A stretch of 64,000 bases of DNA, taken from positions 41,230,001 through 41,294,000 of the forward strand of contig NC_134478.1 in the NCBI RefSeq assembly GCF_964194025.1, written 5' to 3'. How positions within the stretch are numbered: position 1 is the first letter of the stretch; every line of letters begins with the position of its first letter. A program made the position numbers and the translations under genes. Source of the DNA: Convolutriloba macropyga. Its lineage: Eukaryota. Under the pieces are notes generated by a model that saw only the letters and a list, made by a program, of their open reading frames with translations, was not told where the DNA came from and searched no databases. Below, piece by piece: positions 1-13,737 of this stretch.

Positions 1-278
1 CAAAAATGGCGAAATTTTAGTCTAAAACTCCGAAAAAAGGTGAATGAAATCAACGGAATTCACTCTATTTTCTCGAAAGTTTAAACCACGATATCTCCCT
101 GTCAAAAACGAAAATCACAAAAATCTTTTTATTTTCATATTCTACGCTGGACAAGTTTTCTAATGATACTAGTTTCAACTCTCTACGATGAATATATCGA
201 TCGGCCAAAATTGACTGAACAAAAAAAAACCCAGTTGAGTATATAGTTCCTCCCCCCTCAAGAGGGGTCGGAACAATA

Positions 279-365
279 AGGCACGTGCGTCTGTGGGGGG
301 GGGGGGGGCAAATAATATGCGCCCACTAAGCTTGGGGGGGAGGGGGGCACAAACGGAAAAGATCC
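279..365. mobile_element. Right half of the same MITE family
   Basis: GGCACGTGCGTCTG...ATATGCGCCCACTAAGC...GGCACAAACGGAAAAGATCC. Confidence 0.75.
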
Positions 366-1153
366 AAAAAAGGTTACGCCTTATATTTAAACAAAGAGGG
401 CTTGCTTATTAAGCTTCAATCAAAATAATTGAAACTTTAATCAAAAAGCCCAAAACTGAAATGCGGAAACTATTTATTGCTGAGGCATGTATGTGTTTGC
501 TTCTACATGTTTCAGTCTGTCTATTCTGGGGGTCTGACTTGTATCTGTCAATCCCAGGGTGGCCAGAGCCCGTTTAATCTGTCTCGAGGTCTGGCTCACT
601 ATCCTGCTGGGGGTCTCTTCGGTTTGGTCCAATTTAGCCACAGTCTGTTCAATATGGCACAGGGTCTGGGTTTGTTTCGTCCGGCCCAGAGTCGTGTGTC
701 GCTCTGCATGGTCTGACCCACGGTGACCAATTTCTGTTCGGTTGGACCAAATTATTGCTTGGCTCCGTTTGGTCTAACTTAGGGTGGCCAATTTATGTGC
801 ATAATTCACTTTCGGTATAGACCTCCTGTCTGCGACCCAAGGACGTCTGACCCATACCTCTTTTCGACCGAGTACCTCATCAGGGATCTCATTCTTCCAT
901 TCACCTTCTCTTTAGCCATATTTAGTTTGAAGCACTACTTTGAAGTACTGGAAGTATGTACTTTGAAGCAATCACATTTACTCTTGGCTAAACTGATAAA
1001 AGGTCGTAAAAAATTAAAATCTACGTAAAGGTAATGAAATAAACAAGGAGAAAGGCGTTGTAATGTATTTGACCTTACTGATGCGCAACTGTTTTCAACG
1101 TTATCAACTATTATTGGACATATATACTTTCAAGCATCAAACATCACTGGTAC

Positions 1154-1374
1154 CTGAATATCGCGATGCATCCATGAACTGTTTAGAGTGGATTATGAGC
1201 CCTGGAAATGTGTCCTGTCCAGGATACGACACATAGTTAGGATAGTTGAAGTGACCGGAAGCTACTATCACATAGTCGAAAGTCTCTTCCGATTCCTCTT
1301 TTGTCGGCAGATTTATTGTTTTTACTTGAAATTTGGACAACTTTTTGTCGTATGACACGTTATCGACCCATGTA
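1154..1374 (-). CDS. FMO-like, coding exon 3 (further exons presumably lie beyond the left window edge)
   Basis: TWVDNVSY...FDYVIVASGHFNYP...FPGLIIHSKQF (FMO signature FxGxxxHSxxY/F). GT donor at 1153. Confidence 0.9.
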
Positions 1375-2612
1375 CTTACGTTGCCCGGTTTTATTCCTCA
1401 GAGTTTTATGCTAGACAAATTTTGTTGGCACGTCAAGCGTCGCATTTTTTGCTGAAATTTATATCAGTTTATATCATTTCTGTTCTTACTTTAGTATCAA
1501 AGACATCATACAAGCGGCGTTTATCTTTGACAAATATTTAAAAATTGTTGAATCTAAGCTTGTAAGGGAGAGGAAAAACCTCAGCTTGAAAAAGGCGTAT
1601 GAGGGAAATGACAAATCATTTCCAATGTTTGCTCACTTTTATCCACTTTTTATTGCGATAGAAACTAACATAACTACAGAAAGTCAAGTGAAAAAAAATA
1701 AAACAACAATAATAAAAAACCCGCATATAAATTTCTTTTCATAACTAAGGAAAAATTTTGAAAATTAAACCAATTTTGAGCAGTAAATAACGTGTTACTA
1801 TGTCTTGTACTCAAATATTTTTGAGCGGCAACTAAATTGTTAGTGTGTCTTGAATTAAAAATTATTTTTGATCTGTGAGTTCTTGGTTTTTGCATCTTGT
1901 ATTTAAAATTACTTAAAATACAAGTTCACTTCAACGGGTGAGTAGTATCACGAAAACTGCTCTGCATAAAGAGATCCCGTATAGGGTGATCCGTAGTAAA
2001 CCCAATCTAATTTGATATCGAAAAACTATTAAAAAAGCTTAACAATTATTTAATGATCTCGAAAGGTAGTAATAAAGCGGATATACAATAACGAAAGCGA
2101 ATGGCAAAAATGTATTATGCAGACATATTTTGAACCGCTGAAACTGTGATGTGTAGAGCTTCCCGTATCATAAGCGGTAAGAAGGGTTTTTGTTAGATAT
2201 TACTGGTTTATACAAATAACCTTCCGATATTATCTTAAATTTCGTATCTGCATATCCTTTCATGAGTGTTTGTTTCCGTTCGAAAGATTCAACCGAATAC
2301 CTTTGGATTATAACAAATTCGGAATTAACACTTTAGACAACTCTAAATGTATTAATGGTATTAATACAATTTTTTATTCTTCGGACGAAATAATAACTTC
2401 AACATTCATGAGAAGTTTTTTGTTTTTTCCTCGCCGCATTTGTTTTTTTTTTGTTTTCATCAACCAGCCGCTTATTCACCGCATTTCGTACATTTTTTAG
2501 CTGTGAATAGACCTGAAACATCGGATTTGCGTGTCGGGTGTTTTACATTTAAAACCAGTGCCATAAAATAGCTTGGAAAATTAAGTGGATTCGAGGAATA
2601 AAACAGAGCTGC

Positions 2613-2837
2613 CTGAATGTTATATATTTGTGCAGATCGAATTTGTCAGCATATTCTTTCAGATAGTTCAGCAAGTATGGTCTGTCCGGATAGAACGGAA
2701 ATCCAGTGACGTTGGAGACATCCAGCGGGAAGAGAAGCTCTGGCAACTCGATCAGCTGTTTGGCCCCATTGCTGATGAGGTTGTGGTACATGCCAGAGTG
2801 CACTTCAATCCCGTCCTCTTCTATGCCTTCCACGCCC
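2613..2837 (-). CDS. FMO-like, coding exon 2
   Basis: Acceptor TTTTTCCAG at 2838. Encodes VHSGMYHNLISNGAKQLIELPE...YLKEYADKFDLHKYITF, typical of FMOs. The best donor is a GC at 2612. Confidence 0.85.
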
Positions 2838-3312
2838 CTGGAAAAATTGGTTCTTCTACATATCGAATGGAAAAAAGAATGAGATTTTTTTGAGCTGATA
2901 AAAACTCTTCAATATAAGTTTTCATTCAAAAGTTCGGGTCGAGGTTCCACAGGGAAAAATTTTACACTAGTGGTCAATTCTTACAAGACGTGTGGTTATT
3001 TTTTGTAATATTTGTGGTTTTCAGAGTGATTTTTCAGCGTTTTACTCGACCAAAAATTTAAATCTTGAAAAAACTAACTGCTAGCCCGGTAAAAATTGTA
3101 CGCAGGCTGTTAAATAAATACCACCGGATCTGTTCTGTTCCCCCTACCCTCATGCTTTGTGAGCACAAAAACTTCACGACACCCAGGCCTACGCACTATT
3201 ATTTAGATAGTATCGCGCAATATAAAAATACACAAATCTTAATTGGGGGGCATACGAAACATTGCGGGCCGAAACAGAATAGATCCCAATATTTAAAACG
3301 AGTACAAAAATG

Positions 3313-3464
3313 GGATATTTTCCGTTTGTGCCCCCAAGTACTTTATGCGCCCCCAGTTACAGAGCACGTGCCATTACACAGTAAAAATTTGGCACGTGCG
3401 TCTGGGGGGTGCAAACAATATGCGCCCACTAAGCTGGGGGGGGGGGCACAAACGGACAAGATCC
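3313..3464. mobile_element. ~152-bp MITE with GG...CC TIRs and 8-bp TSD (Merlin- or hAT-like)
   Basis: TIRs GGATATTTTCCGTTTGTGCCCC / GGGGCACAAACGGACAAGATCC. Perfect CAAAAATG duplication at 3305-3312 and 3465-3472. Confidence 0.85.
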
Positions 3465-3489
3465 CAAAAATGATAAAATGATTGGGCCA

Positions 3490-6377
3490 ACTGTTTGGCA
3501 TACATCGAAAACAAGGAGGCTCTGAAACGTGCGTTTGCATATAAAGTTCCGAACCCGATCATCCACATTTTTGTCTACTTAAATGTCTAACAAATGAGGA
3601 AGAGAAAGAAACTTTTCAAAAATACATATCCTGTTCGAAATCAATTGGTTAATGAGTAAAAAAAAAGGTTTCAATAAAAAGGTTTCAAACAACCAAATGA
3701 AAAATATAAAGCCGCATTAGAGAGCCAATGGTAACCACTATTAATAAGACTACCGGAAAAAAACAACAAAACAATAAAAACATTAGTTACGGCCATATTC
3801 AAAACATATTTTTTAGAAATCAGTCAAAATGGCGTCTGATAAGACCAGACGAAAGTCTTATTAACTTACAAAATAATATCAAAAGATAAAGAAAAGAGCA
3901 TCAGAAAAAGAATAACTTGTGCATCTCCAGAAGTTATATAAGACAGGTCATCCATGAGACTAGGTAACAAATGGACGAAAAAGGCGAAATTTGAAATTAT
4001 GTTTACATGACTGAATGAAATTAAATTCGAAGTAAACAAAAGCAATAGCTATCACCTGAAAAATTTTGATAAATTTTTTTACCATGAGAACTCATTGAGA
4101 ATTATCAATGTCCACAATACGCCATAACCCTACAAAAAAGCGACAAACATGCAAAAATCAAAAAGTCACTTTTATTTTGAAAGCCATAACTTTTATTTTG
4201 AAAGCCATTGCGAATTATTATTAATGTGGTAATTGGGCAACAAATTTTTTTAAAAATAAAAAATTGTCAAATATCCAAAAATTAAAATTCCTTTGTGAAA
4301 ACTCAAAGAATCAGAGCCATAAAACCGTAATCAAAAAATGATAAATTTTTTTTGTCCAGACAGATGATGCAACTTCTGTTTAATGCAATTATCCTAAAAT
4401 TCTAAAATTGGACAGAAATAAGATTTAAAAGGGCAAAGTTCAAAAATCACTGCTGATTCCAGCTTTCGTTTAGGTCTCCACGGCGACTTTTAATAAATAA
4501 AGTCTAAATAGCATGAGAACAAGAAATCAAAAGAAAAAAAAACATCAGAAAAAAACTTGTACATCTCCAGAACACATATGTGACAGGTCCATAATGAGAC
4601 TGGGTAACAATTTAACAACAAGTGTGAAATTTGAAAACAAGTTTACATGACCGAATACAAATAAATATGAAATAAATAAAAACAATAGCTATCACCTGAA
4701 AATATTTGAAAGGTTCTTTTGCCACAGAAAGTCTATGAGACATATCAAAATCCACAATGCGTCATAACACTACAAAGAGGCGAAAAATATGCAAAAACAA
4801 AAAAAAAGATAAACTCTCAGATTAAAAACGCTATTGAAGCCGTTAGAAAAAAAGAGATATCCATTAAAACGGTTATATATGTTCAACCACTTTCGTTGTG
4901 AAAGCCATTGCGAAACGTTATTAATGTTGTAATTGGAAAACAAAATTGAAAACAAATTAAAAAGAGACAATTTTCCAGAAAACAACAACATTTTGTGAAA
5001 ATTCGAAAAATCAAACCCATAAAACCGTTAATGAAAAAACGATAAAAAACCAATTTGTTTAGACAGATGATGCAGTCTCTGTTTACTACAACCATGCTAC
5101 AATTTGACAAAAACAAGATTTAAAATGGCAAAGTTAAAAAACCAACGGTTTTTTAAATTAAATAACCAATAGAATTTTAACAAATCTAAACTAGGTGAAA
5201 TCAAATGTCATTTCATAGAAACCCAGGAGACTAAGTCTTCAGACTACAAAATAACAATGAATGCAGGCAGAACTAAAAATTCCACAAACAGTTTTACAAA
5301 AACACGAATGTATAGGCATTAAAAGCAGAAGTTATCAATTGGAAAGTTTACGACAGTTCAATAGGGTTACGTTTGAACACCAATAGGCCCTCTTTTTAGA
5401 GGAATCGGCATAAGGAAAACAAAAAATTGCAATAGGCAATGTCCAGTGTAAAGAACTCAAAAACATTTTCATGAAGCCACATTGAGTAAGAGCCATAAAA
5501 GACTCACCTGCAACATAAAATATTTGGGTCGCATTTAAACTGCAATAGGCCTTCTTTTTAGAGGAATACCCGACATGGAAAAAATTATAACAGGCGAGGA
5601 CCAATGTAAGAAATTAAAAACATTTTTATGAAGTCACATTGAGTCGGGGCCATAAAACCACCATCTGCAACATAAAATATTAATGGATTAAAAATTGCTT
5701 GAAGAAAGTTGAATTATGAAGTAGATGGGATTCATCACTAATGACACAAAGTTACAGGCTGTCAAAAAGAAGAACCAAAGGTGCAGAGTTTAAAGTTCGA
5801 TCATTTTTTTTAAATATTTCAATGCACTAATTCCATTAGCTGTCATCTGAAATCAATGAAATCGCTCAACTGTGACTCCAGATTTCGCTTAGGTTTCCAC
5901 TGAGACTTTTAGTGCCCCTGAAAATGTAATACGACTTCAAAAGAACGACTGAGAAACCAATTATATAAAACAAAACAAGAAAAAAAACTGAGAAACCAAT
6001 TATACTTTGTGAGAAAAATTTGAGATCAGATTTCTGGATCACACGAGTCAGCAACTCACCTATGTGATTATAAGCAAAACCAATAGAATCATTGACAAAA
6101 AATTGAGAGAATTTCGGCAAAATTGATGAAAAATTGTGAAAAATTACAAATTTTTTATTTAGAAAACAAGAATTTCGAAAATAAAATCTTTCTAATTCTA
6201 TGTTCTATGTTGTATGAGCTCTTTTTATTGATACCCCTCACAACACTCTACGATGAATTCATCATTTGGGCAAAATTGATTATATGACTGAACCAAATTG
6301 ATGAATGTATCGATGAATTGACCGAAAAAAAAACAGTTGAGCATATAGTACCTCCCCCACTAATAGGCCGGAACAAT
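3490..6377 (-). repeat. ~2.9-kb non-coding interspersed repeat inside FMO intron 1
   Basis: Both ends match the reverse complement of 14387-17330 (e.g. terminal ...CAGTTGAGCATATAGTACCTCCCCCAC...GGAACAAT). The same terminus occurs at 1-277. Internal duplications are visible (3890-4480 vs 4540-5150). Confidence 0.6.
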
Positions 6378-7799
6378 AAAGGCCTTCTATTTTATAACCT
6401 GCTCAAAAAATGATCAAATGTTAATCATCTTTAGTTCAGTTTTCGTACGCAGATGAAACAACTTCAACCTTTTTAGACAAGTACCGCCAAAACATAACAC
6501 AAAAAAAAACTTATGGCAATTTCTTGTCTATTCGATTTCAAACAAAAATTGTTTATGGAAGAAACGACACACAAATCAAAACATTTAGCGTAGAGCAACT
6601 AAACTCTGTCATTGTAATACTAATTTTAATGGAGAGACATAAAAAACACTGGGGGAGAGAAAATTGATCCAAACTACCTCTTGAACGCAATTGCTTTCAG
6701 TCCAATTCTTAGGTTCACCTCTTAAAAAATCTGAAGTTAAGAAACCGTTTGAAATTTCATTTATCTGGTCGGTTGTATGCATCCATATTTGATCAATTCT
6801 CGTTGCAACAACAACAAAAGTTGCATAACTTAAAGTTGACATAACTTTTTATAACTACCCGTTGGCATTCGAAAAGTGGCTGGAATTAAGTGGCGGAAAA
6901 ACCTTCTAATTAGCTGCAAGGTGGCATAAGTTATGCAACTGTAATCTAAACGAAAATTGATTAAAAATAGCATCACACGGCTAATTGCCCTATTGAATTT
7001 AATCAAGCAATCGGCGTTGCCTTAAAATCTGATAACCTCTCAATGGAGATAACAACTGTGAGTTAATGTTCATTTTTTGCTCAATTTGACCTCTGCTTAG
7101 TTGAGATTTAATTTCTAACATTTTCTTTCAATGCTTTACGCTATCTTTTCTGCCATTTCAATGACTAGAAAACTCACTTCAACCTTTCGGACAAGATTTG
7201 AGTTATCAGTTCATCACTTTCTGGTATGTTGCCGCAAAAACGGGGGGAAGCTCATTCAACAGCGTCACCAGTTAATATAACGCTAATGTTGATCTGGTTT
7301 GCCAATAATGATAATGTAACTCTCTGTTCACAATATTGACTATCCCAAAAAACCTACTGTTGCGTTATGGACTTTCGCCAGCTGAAGAAAAACGTTTTGC
7401 TCTAAATACAAAAAGTTAATTTCTCTAGAGAGAATAAGAATAGATAACAAAGATAATAGAGATTTACTGGAGGAGTCTATTTAATAGATCAATGTCCTGA
7501 ATCGACGCAGGAATGCAAGTGACGCGAAAAGAGCAGGTACTTATACTCGGCAGCAAGGAAGCCAATCGAAAATTGAGTCTACTGTTACATTGTGTTTAAT
7601 GGTAGAATAATAGTGTCTATCTACTTACCGCTGATAGGATAAACAAAGCAATAGACAGCAGCTATTAATTTTACCAACTTAATAATTGAAATTCCCATTA
7701 TTTATTCCAAAATTGTCACATTAGTTGTACAGATGAGAGAAATATTCATACTTTCCAAGATTTGGATTTTGATTTTAAACTTATGCTCTTTTACTTGAA

Positions 7800-8720
7800 A
7801 CCCCAATTAGACTTGAGCTCACTGCGTAGAGTCTGCTCCCATCAAAATTGTTTCTGAATTTCTCCACCTTCGATGCGGATGAGATTTTCGTGAAGAGGTC
7901 TGCTAACATTTTTGCAGCTGGAACGTAGTGAACTGAGAAAGACCCATCCTACGTCTTTGTCCCGACAGAAGTGAATTTTTGTCTCGATGTGTTTTCACCT
8001 CTTGTGCTTGACTGGATTTTGGAACAGTTTAATACAACTCTGGTTATCTTCCCCAATTACTATTCGGTGTTTCTGTTGGATACCAAAGTCCGCTAGCTGT
8101 TTCATGTAAAGTGCTTTGTGAAATGGTGATTTCCTACCCTGATACAATCCCTCTGATGACAAGAGAGCAGCTATGGCCTGCTTCTTGAAAGCCCTGCCGA
8201 TTCAAAAGGCGCCTTAATTGCTTTCCCCGCTAGATCGCAGGTAGACGTTTTTGTGTACCGTAAGTGTTCAGAAGGTAGCCGCACGTAAGTGTTCAGCATT
8301 TTCAACCTTGAAGATAACTGAAGAGTCACTTTCCGCATGTCCATGTTTTTTGTTTTAGGCGCTTTCTATTTTCTGCACAGAATGATGACTGTGAACATGA
8401 TTTCTGGCCTCGTCTATTCTCCACTTTTTCGTCCCCCTTCTGTGCTGCCTGAAGTTTCAAAATCAAGTCAACTGGAGTCCTTGAGGATTTGCATAAATCC
8501 ATTTGAAACCGCTCAAGCATTGTCTCTATGTTGCATTGTCTGATTCTGAGGCCAAGAAACCAGTGTAGTCTCCCTCTGCCTTCCATGCGAAATGTTGCCT
8601 ATAAAACTTTCTTGTCGTCCATCGGAGATCACTGTCATGCTTCCAGATGTTTCTATGATGTCGTTAACCTAGACCCGGCGACTTCCACTTATACATCCCG
8701 GTCAACCAAGTAACTCACTG
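7800..8720 (-). pseudogene. Degraded Ty1/Copia RT-RNase H fragment in FMO intron 1
   Basis: V*VNDII (decayed xVDD), GRLHWFLGLRIRQ...CKSSRTP, and IVIGEDNQSCIKLFQNPVKHKR*KHIETKIHF (Copia RNase H). Confidence 0.8.
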
Positions 8721-9367
8721 CTTTCTTTCCCGGAAATCCCAGTAGTTGTATCAGGAATTTTTCATTAGCTGCTAAAAATGAAATTTCTTTGTGGATACCA
8801 CTATTTCTCCAGCTGGAAATCAGGGAAATTTAGCAGGTATGTCCCCGTGAAAAACAAACGCAAAAGCGATATACTGAATTTCTTGTTGTTACTTAAGAAA
8901 CCCCGTTATTTTTGACGAAAGCTTGTATCTCTGGTAAAAGTTCCCAGTTATTAGATCGCGTGAATTATTTTAGCTTCTTCGAGACCTGCTCTTTTATCTC
9001 TAATTTCGTCTTTTTTTCCATAACTTCTGATTTGTGGTTATCCGAAAACAAACCAACTAGGTGACTTATTTAAGTTGTATTCGACATAGCACAGGACGAG
9101 GTGCCAGGCCGAATTGGCTTATGACTACTCAATCTTGCGAAAAATTGTGAATTTTTCGCAAGAAGTGGTTTTGAGCACCCTTGAGCCTGGTCAGTGTCGG
9201 ATTTGACATGGAATATAACGTGCGTAAAATACACGTTAAGCTTTGAGAATAAGTTTCCTAGATTAAATTTTTAAATGATTATATTTTTGCAAATATACGG
9301 GAGTGGTAAAAGATTTATTTTGTGATCCAAACAAAAACATCCAAAGCATTTTAGTGGCTTTTCTAAC

Positions 9368-9513
9368 GTGAAGTTCCAAACTCCCCCAACTGAATCGTAT
9401 CTCTCGTAGCACACCACCTCATAATTGTCCTGATCCAGATTGCACTGTAGGGCTCTCAAAGTTGTCAGTCCAGATGGACCAGCTCCAATAACACACACTC
9501 GTTGTTTTCTCAT
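9368..9513 (-). CDS. Flavin-containing monooxygenase (FMO-like), coding exon 1
   Basis: MRKQRVCVIGAGPSGL (FAD-binding GxGxxG) ... YERYDSVGGVWNFT. GT donor (AC|GTTAGA) at 9367, phase 2, matching the exon 2 acceptor. Confidence 0.88.
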
Positions 9514-12500
9514 CACTGATGAAATACAGAATTAACGCATGCTAAAATTTTGTTTCCACCCCCCACTTGAACAATTTTTTCTTTACCACCCAGGCTGAGG
9601 TGACAGTGGATACGTCAAGACCCAACGCGCGAAGGTCTGAATACAAGCACTTTCCGCCTGGAAAGATCTGGACGTACTGATTTCCGTCTGTACCTCAGCT
9701 CAGTATGCCCAATTATGCCCAAAAACTTATGCCCACTTAAATAGGCGTAAAATTTCTATTATTGGGGTGTAAATCTACCCAGGGAGGGTTGAGAATTTCA
9801 CAAAAAAAATCTGCAAAAGTTGAATAAAGATCAATAACTAATACGGAAGAGAATAATCGCACCACTGCTTCGCTCTTAATCCGTTACTCACTGTAACACT
9901 CAGAGGTGAAAGGTGTTATTTCACTAATATAAAAAAATGAACAATGAAAAGTTAAAAATTGTCATTTTACCGAATGATTATGAATAATTATTAATCAATT
10001 AATTAAATAATAATTAACATTTAGTAAATAATTAGCTCATTTAAGCTGTTCAACAAGCTGTGCATGGCTGTTAACACAGTTGAACAAAGTGTTAACCAAA
10101 TGGGTTTAATACCTGCGTTGCGCGACCCATGTCAATCTGACAAGAGCTGGCTTGGGTCGCGCACGTCAACCTTGTTTTTATCACCCAACAGTTGATCAAT
10201 ATGCAAGTCCTAATTTCGAGTTAAAGTTGGAAAACACAAAAAATGCAGTTAGGCAATTGTCTTTAATGCTCAAATCGAAACATACCTTATTGCAGTTGCA
10301 GTCTTATTCCAAATAAGCAAGCTGTTGCTTGAAACGTATTTCAGTTGTTAGCTAGAAATTATTCAACTTGACTAATTGCTCCAAATTTCCAGCTGCCTAA
10401 TTGTGGTCATTGTGCTAATTGAGTTTTAAGTCAATCTAGCAATGAAATATACTTATTTCACAGCATCCTGTAAACATATCAATGTGTTATCTTATTGAAA
10501 AACATTACATTAAGAACACATCATCATACATTAGGAGCTGAGACAAAGATGGTCAAGTGATCTCATTTTATACAAAGTTCTTACGCCACTCGTCCGCAAT
10601 ATGGGCTCAATTTTTGTGCCAGAAAGGCCAATTTTTCAAGCTCAAAATGGTATGAACTACTGGTGTAACTGAAAATGTGGTGAACTGCTAGCTTGACTGT
10701 TACATAATTGTAATAACAAAGTTAATTGTTAATTCAATGTGTTCAGAGTTTCACAAAACCTTTTTGCGTAATCTACAAGAAAAACTAAAAGAAAAATAAA
10801 TTATTTACGGGATCAAATTTTACAAATGATCATGAACATTATCTGACAATTTATTTATTAATTGAAATATGCAACGGGAGGACACCATTAACCCTTACGG
10901 TCCGTTTTTAGGTCAATTTTTGGGAAATAAGAATATTTTGTTGCTTTTAAATGAAGACCGTGAAGAACAACAAACAATTAGCAATTCCCATAAGTAAAAC
11001 CACAGTTTTGCCATCTAGAGATTCAGCAATCCAAAAAACGGTTTCCTTATGCCAAAAGAACCCATAAAATTATTTTTTAGTCCTGGCGTTTTTGCTTATT
11101 AGTTACGTTTATGAATAACCAAATTATTTGCACGCAAATTATGCATTCTGAAATCTTATTCAATTTTAAAAAGTCGTAAGGATAAACTACAGTCTAAAAA
11201 GTTTTTAAGTCTAAAAGGGATTGAGTTGTGACCAATTTTAGGGAAACAAAAGTTGTTTGTTTGTTTTCTGTCTCTTCGCAGCAATTCTTTTCTTATTTTC
11301 TTAAATGTAGTCATCTGGGAATTTAGTTGGAGTTTTCAGTTTCAATGGCCACAGCTCTTCATGTTGGTTTTAAAAGATCTTTTATTTGCATTGATGTCTT
11401 TGAGCGAATGCTGAAACTCAGGCGCTCGGTATAAGAAAAGGAGGGAAGCGACAAAAACAGGAAAAAACCTGATTTTTTCCTCCGTCAGGTTTTGTTGCTT
11501 AGAATTCTGATGCTTAGAATTACATCGGGTAGATTTCTATCTAACAACCGTAGAGCTGTTGGCTTTGGTAACAGCCAGCTGGGGCTCAGGAAGGCTAGCA
11601 TTGGGAGGGAGTGGAGAGTATTCTGTGGTGAGAGGCCAATCGCCCGGGGTTGGGGAACGAGAGGGGTCCAAGTCTCCAGATGTATGAGGGTGGACGGGGA
11701 TGAGCAGTGGGCATCTGGGGGAGGGGGGGGGGGGGGGGTTGAGTGTGGGAGGACAGCTAACTGAGGGAATTCAACTCTATAAGAATCGATCTTAACAGCA
11801 TGAACTTAGGTCTCCTGAAAAGTATGGGCTTCACCTGTTCATCCCGTTTTTGGTGACAAAACTCAAATGGTCAGACAAAAAATAAGACAAGCAAAAATCA
11901 CAAAAAAATGGCAGGACTAATATAACTGCTACATAATTAATTGCTACGCTTGAGAGCAATTAAAAACAAACAAATAACGTAAAATGCTGTCTTAATTTTG
12001 TTTTGAAAATATTGTTGTACCGTATTAAGTTACTGGAAGCTTTAGAAACCTCAATGCTCGTTAATTTGTTCGGTTTTTAAGTTCTCATGTGGATATTTAG
12101 GAGAGCTATTCAATTGTTGCTCTCGGAAGAAACAAAGATAGAATAGAAAATGACAGGTTTTCTGGGCTAAAAATGCAATTTGAGCAAAGCAGCCAATAAC
12201 TCAAAAACTCACGTTAATATTTTTTAGACTATTGAAGATGAAATGGTAGTCTATAGGCCTTGCTGACTTCTATTTCTCATTGAAGCAACTGATGATTGCA
12301 TTATTTTTTCACAGCAAAAAAGTAAACTTTATTTTGCATTTCTGTAGATCGCAGAATTACATTACCTGGTCTTCATTTAAATCTTTGAGGTGCGAAAATA
12401 AGTTCATCTGAACTACGTGGTCGAACTAGAGAATTCCTAAGAGCAACATATGTTATGCTATCTGAAGTTTAAGGAACTTGCTAGCCAGCAATGAAACCAC

Positions 12501-13104
12501 TTCTGGCAAAGTGTATCAAGAAGCTGCGTTCTATCACTTTCCAAACGGCAATTGAATGCTGCGAAAACGACCCAAAACTCAAAAAGTGTTCGACCCCATA
12601 TATAGATAGAAATCTTCTACACGCGTATTGTATTGCATCAGGATTACTCAGTTTTGGTTTTAGGGTTCTCTAGCTTACAGATACTCATAGTTAAAAACGG
12701 TCACATTTGGAATCAAAGTGCAAATAATGCTGTCACATGATATTTGCTCTCCAAACTTCATCTGAGAGTTCGAAATTTTTGGTCGAACACACTCAGATGA
12801 TTTCATTCAGCATTCAAGCAATTCATCTTCACTTAGAGGTAAAAATACAATTGTGTATCAGTTGGCTGACGTTACACTTTAAATTACCTACAATTACTTC
12901 ATACCTGCGTACCGTCCAGTCATACCTCAACAATGATGCAATTTGCAATGCAAACAGGAGAAAGCACACATTTTTGTTCTATAATTGCTTGCTCCACTTC
13001 ACTACGCCGCCAATCTTAAATTCAGTTGGGAGAAAATCAGAACAAACATTTGATTCTAGATAATTAATAAGTCAATGACAAACAAAAAGATCAAAAACTT
13101 CTCT

Positions 13105-13737
13105 TCACACTACAAGTCTATAAGTCACATATCTTCCAGCAGTTTCAGACTTCCTAATAATTCTCACAACATCGCCCCTCTGGAGTCCAAAGTACCTCGC
13201 GACCGGATCCCCCATCTGGATTCTGGGTAGCTGATGATCCTTCAGTTTGTACCTCGTCAACAGTTCTTTCTTTTCCTCGGCTGTCATCAATACATGTTCA
13301 GGCACAAGCATATGTTCAGTGATGTTAATGAGCAATTCACATTCCATAAACTGTTCAAGGGTGTATTTAGGAGCCATATCTGTCAATGCAGCTTTAGCTG
13401 ATGGAGTCATACCACCTTGAACAATGATGATTGCACGTGTTATACTTTCTTCTTGCATCCTTTGACAATAATGCTTAATAGTCTTGATTCCAATCTTAGG
13501 TTCTTCAGGGAAGAAAACGAACATCTGATTTGTCGGGTCGTCGTTATGGGCAACCAATACAATGAGGTCTGATCTCGCGGGTTTTCTCTGACTCGGTGCA
13601 TTGCCAAATTTCTCGATGAACTGTTCGAGTGTTTCGTCCAATTCATCTTGTGTTACTAGGTATCCACGATCATGGCACAACTGCATGATGGTCTTGCGGA
13701 TTCTCCACAATTTGTAAGTTTCAGCTTCGTCATCCAT
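13105..13737 (-). CDS. POLR2E: DNA-directed RNA polymerases I/II/III subunit RPABC1 (RPB5), no intron in CDS
   Basis: 210 aa, [28 protein letters not shown]...DPVARYFGL...[13 protein letters not shown], readily recognisable as metazoan RPB5. Confidence 0.97.
   Translation of the reverse strand: MDDEAETYKLWRIRKTIMQLCHDRGYLVTQDELDETLEQFIEKFGNAPSQRKPARSDLIVLVAHNDDPTNQMFVFFPEEPKIGIKTIKHYCQRMQEESITRAIIIVQGGMTPSAKAALTDMAPKYTLEQFMECELLINITEHMLVPEHVLMTAEEKKELLTRYKLKDHQLPRIQMGDPVARYFGLQRGDVVRIIRKSETAGRYVTYRLVV

Noticed and set aside
477-1028. Short ORFs in a GGTCTG-rich stretch
   Set aside because: No recognisable domain. Probably an intronic repeat fragment.
10119-10163. 11-bp inverted repeat TGCGCGACCCA/TGGGTCGCGCA upstream of FMO
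   Set aside because: Isolated, with no evidence for function.
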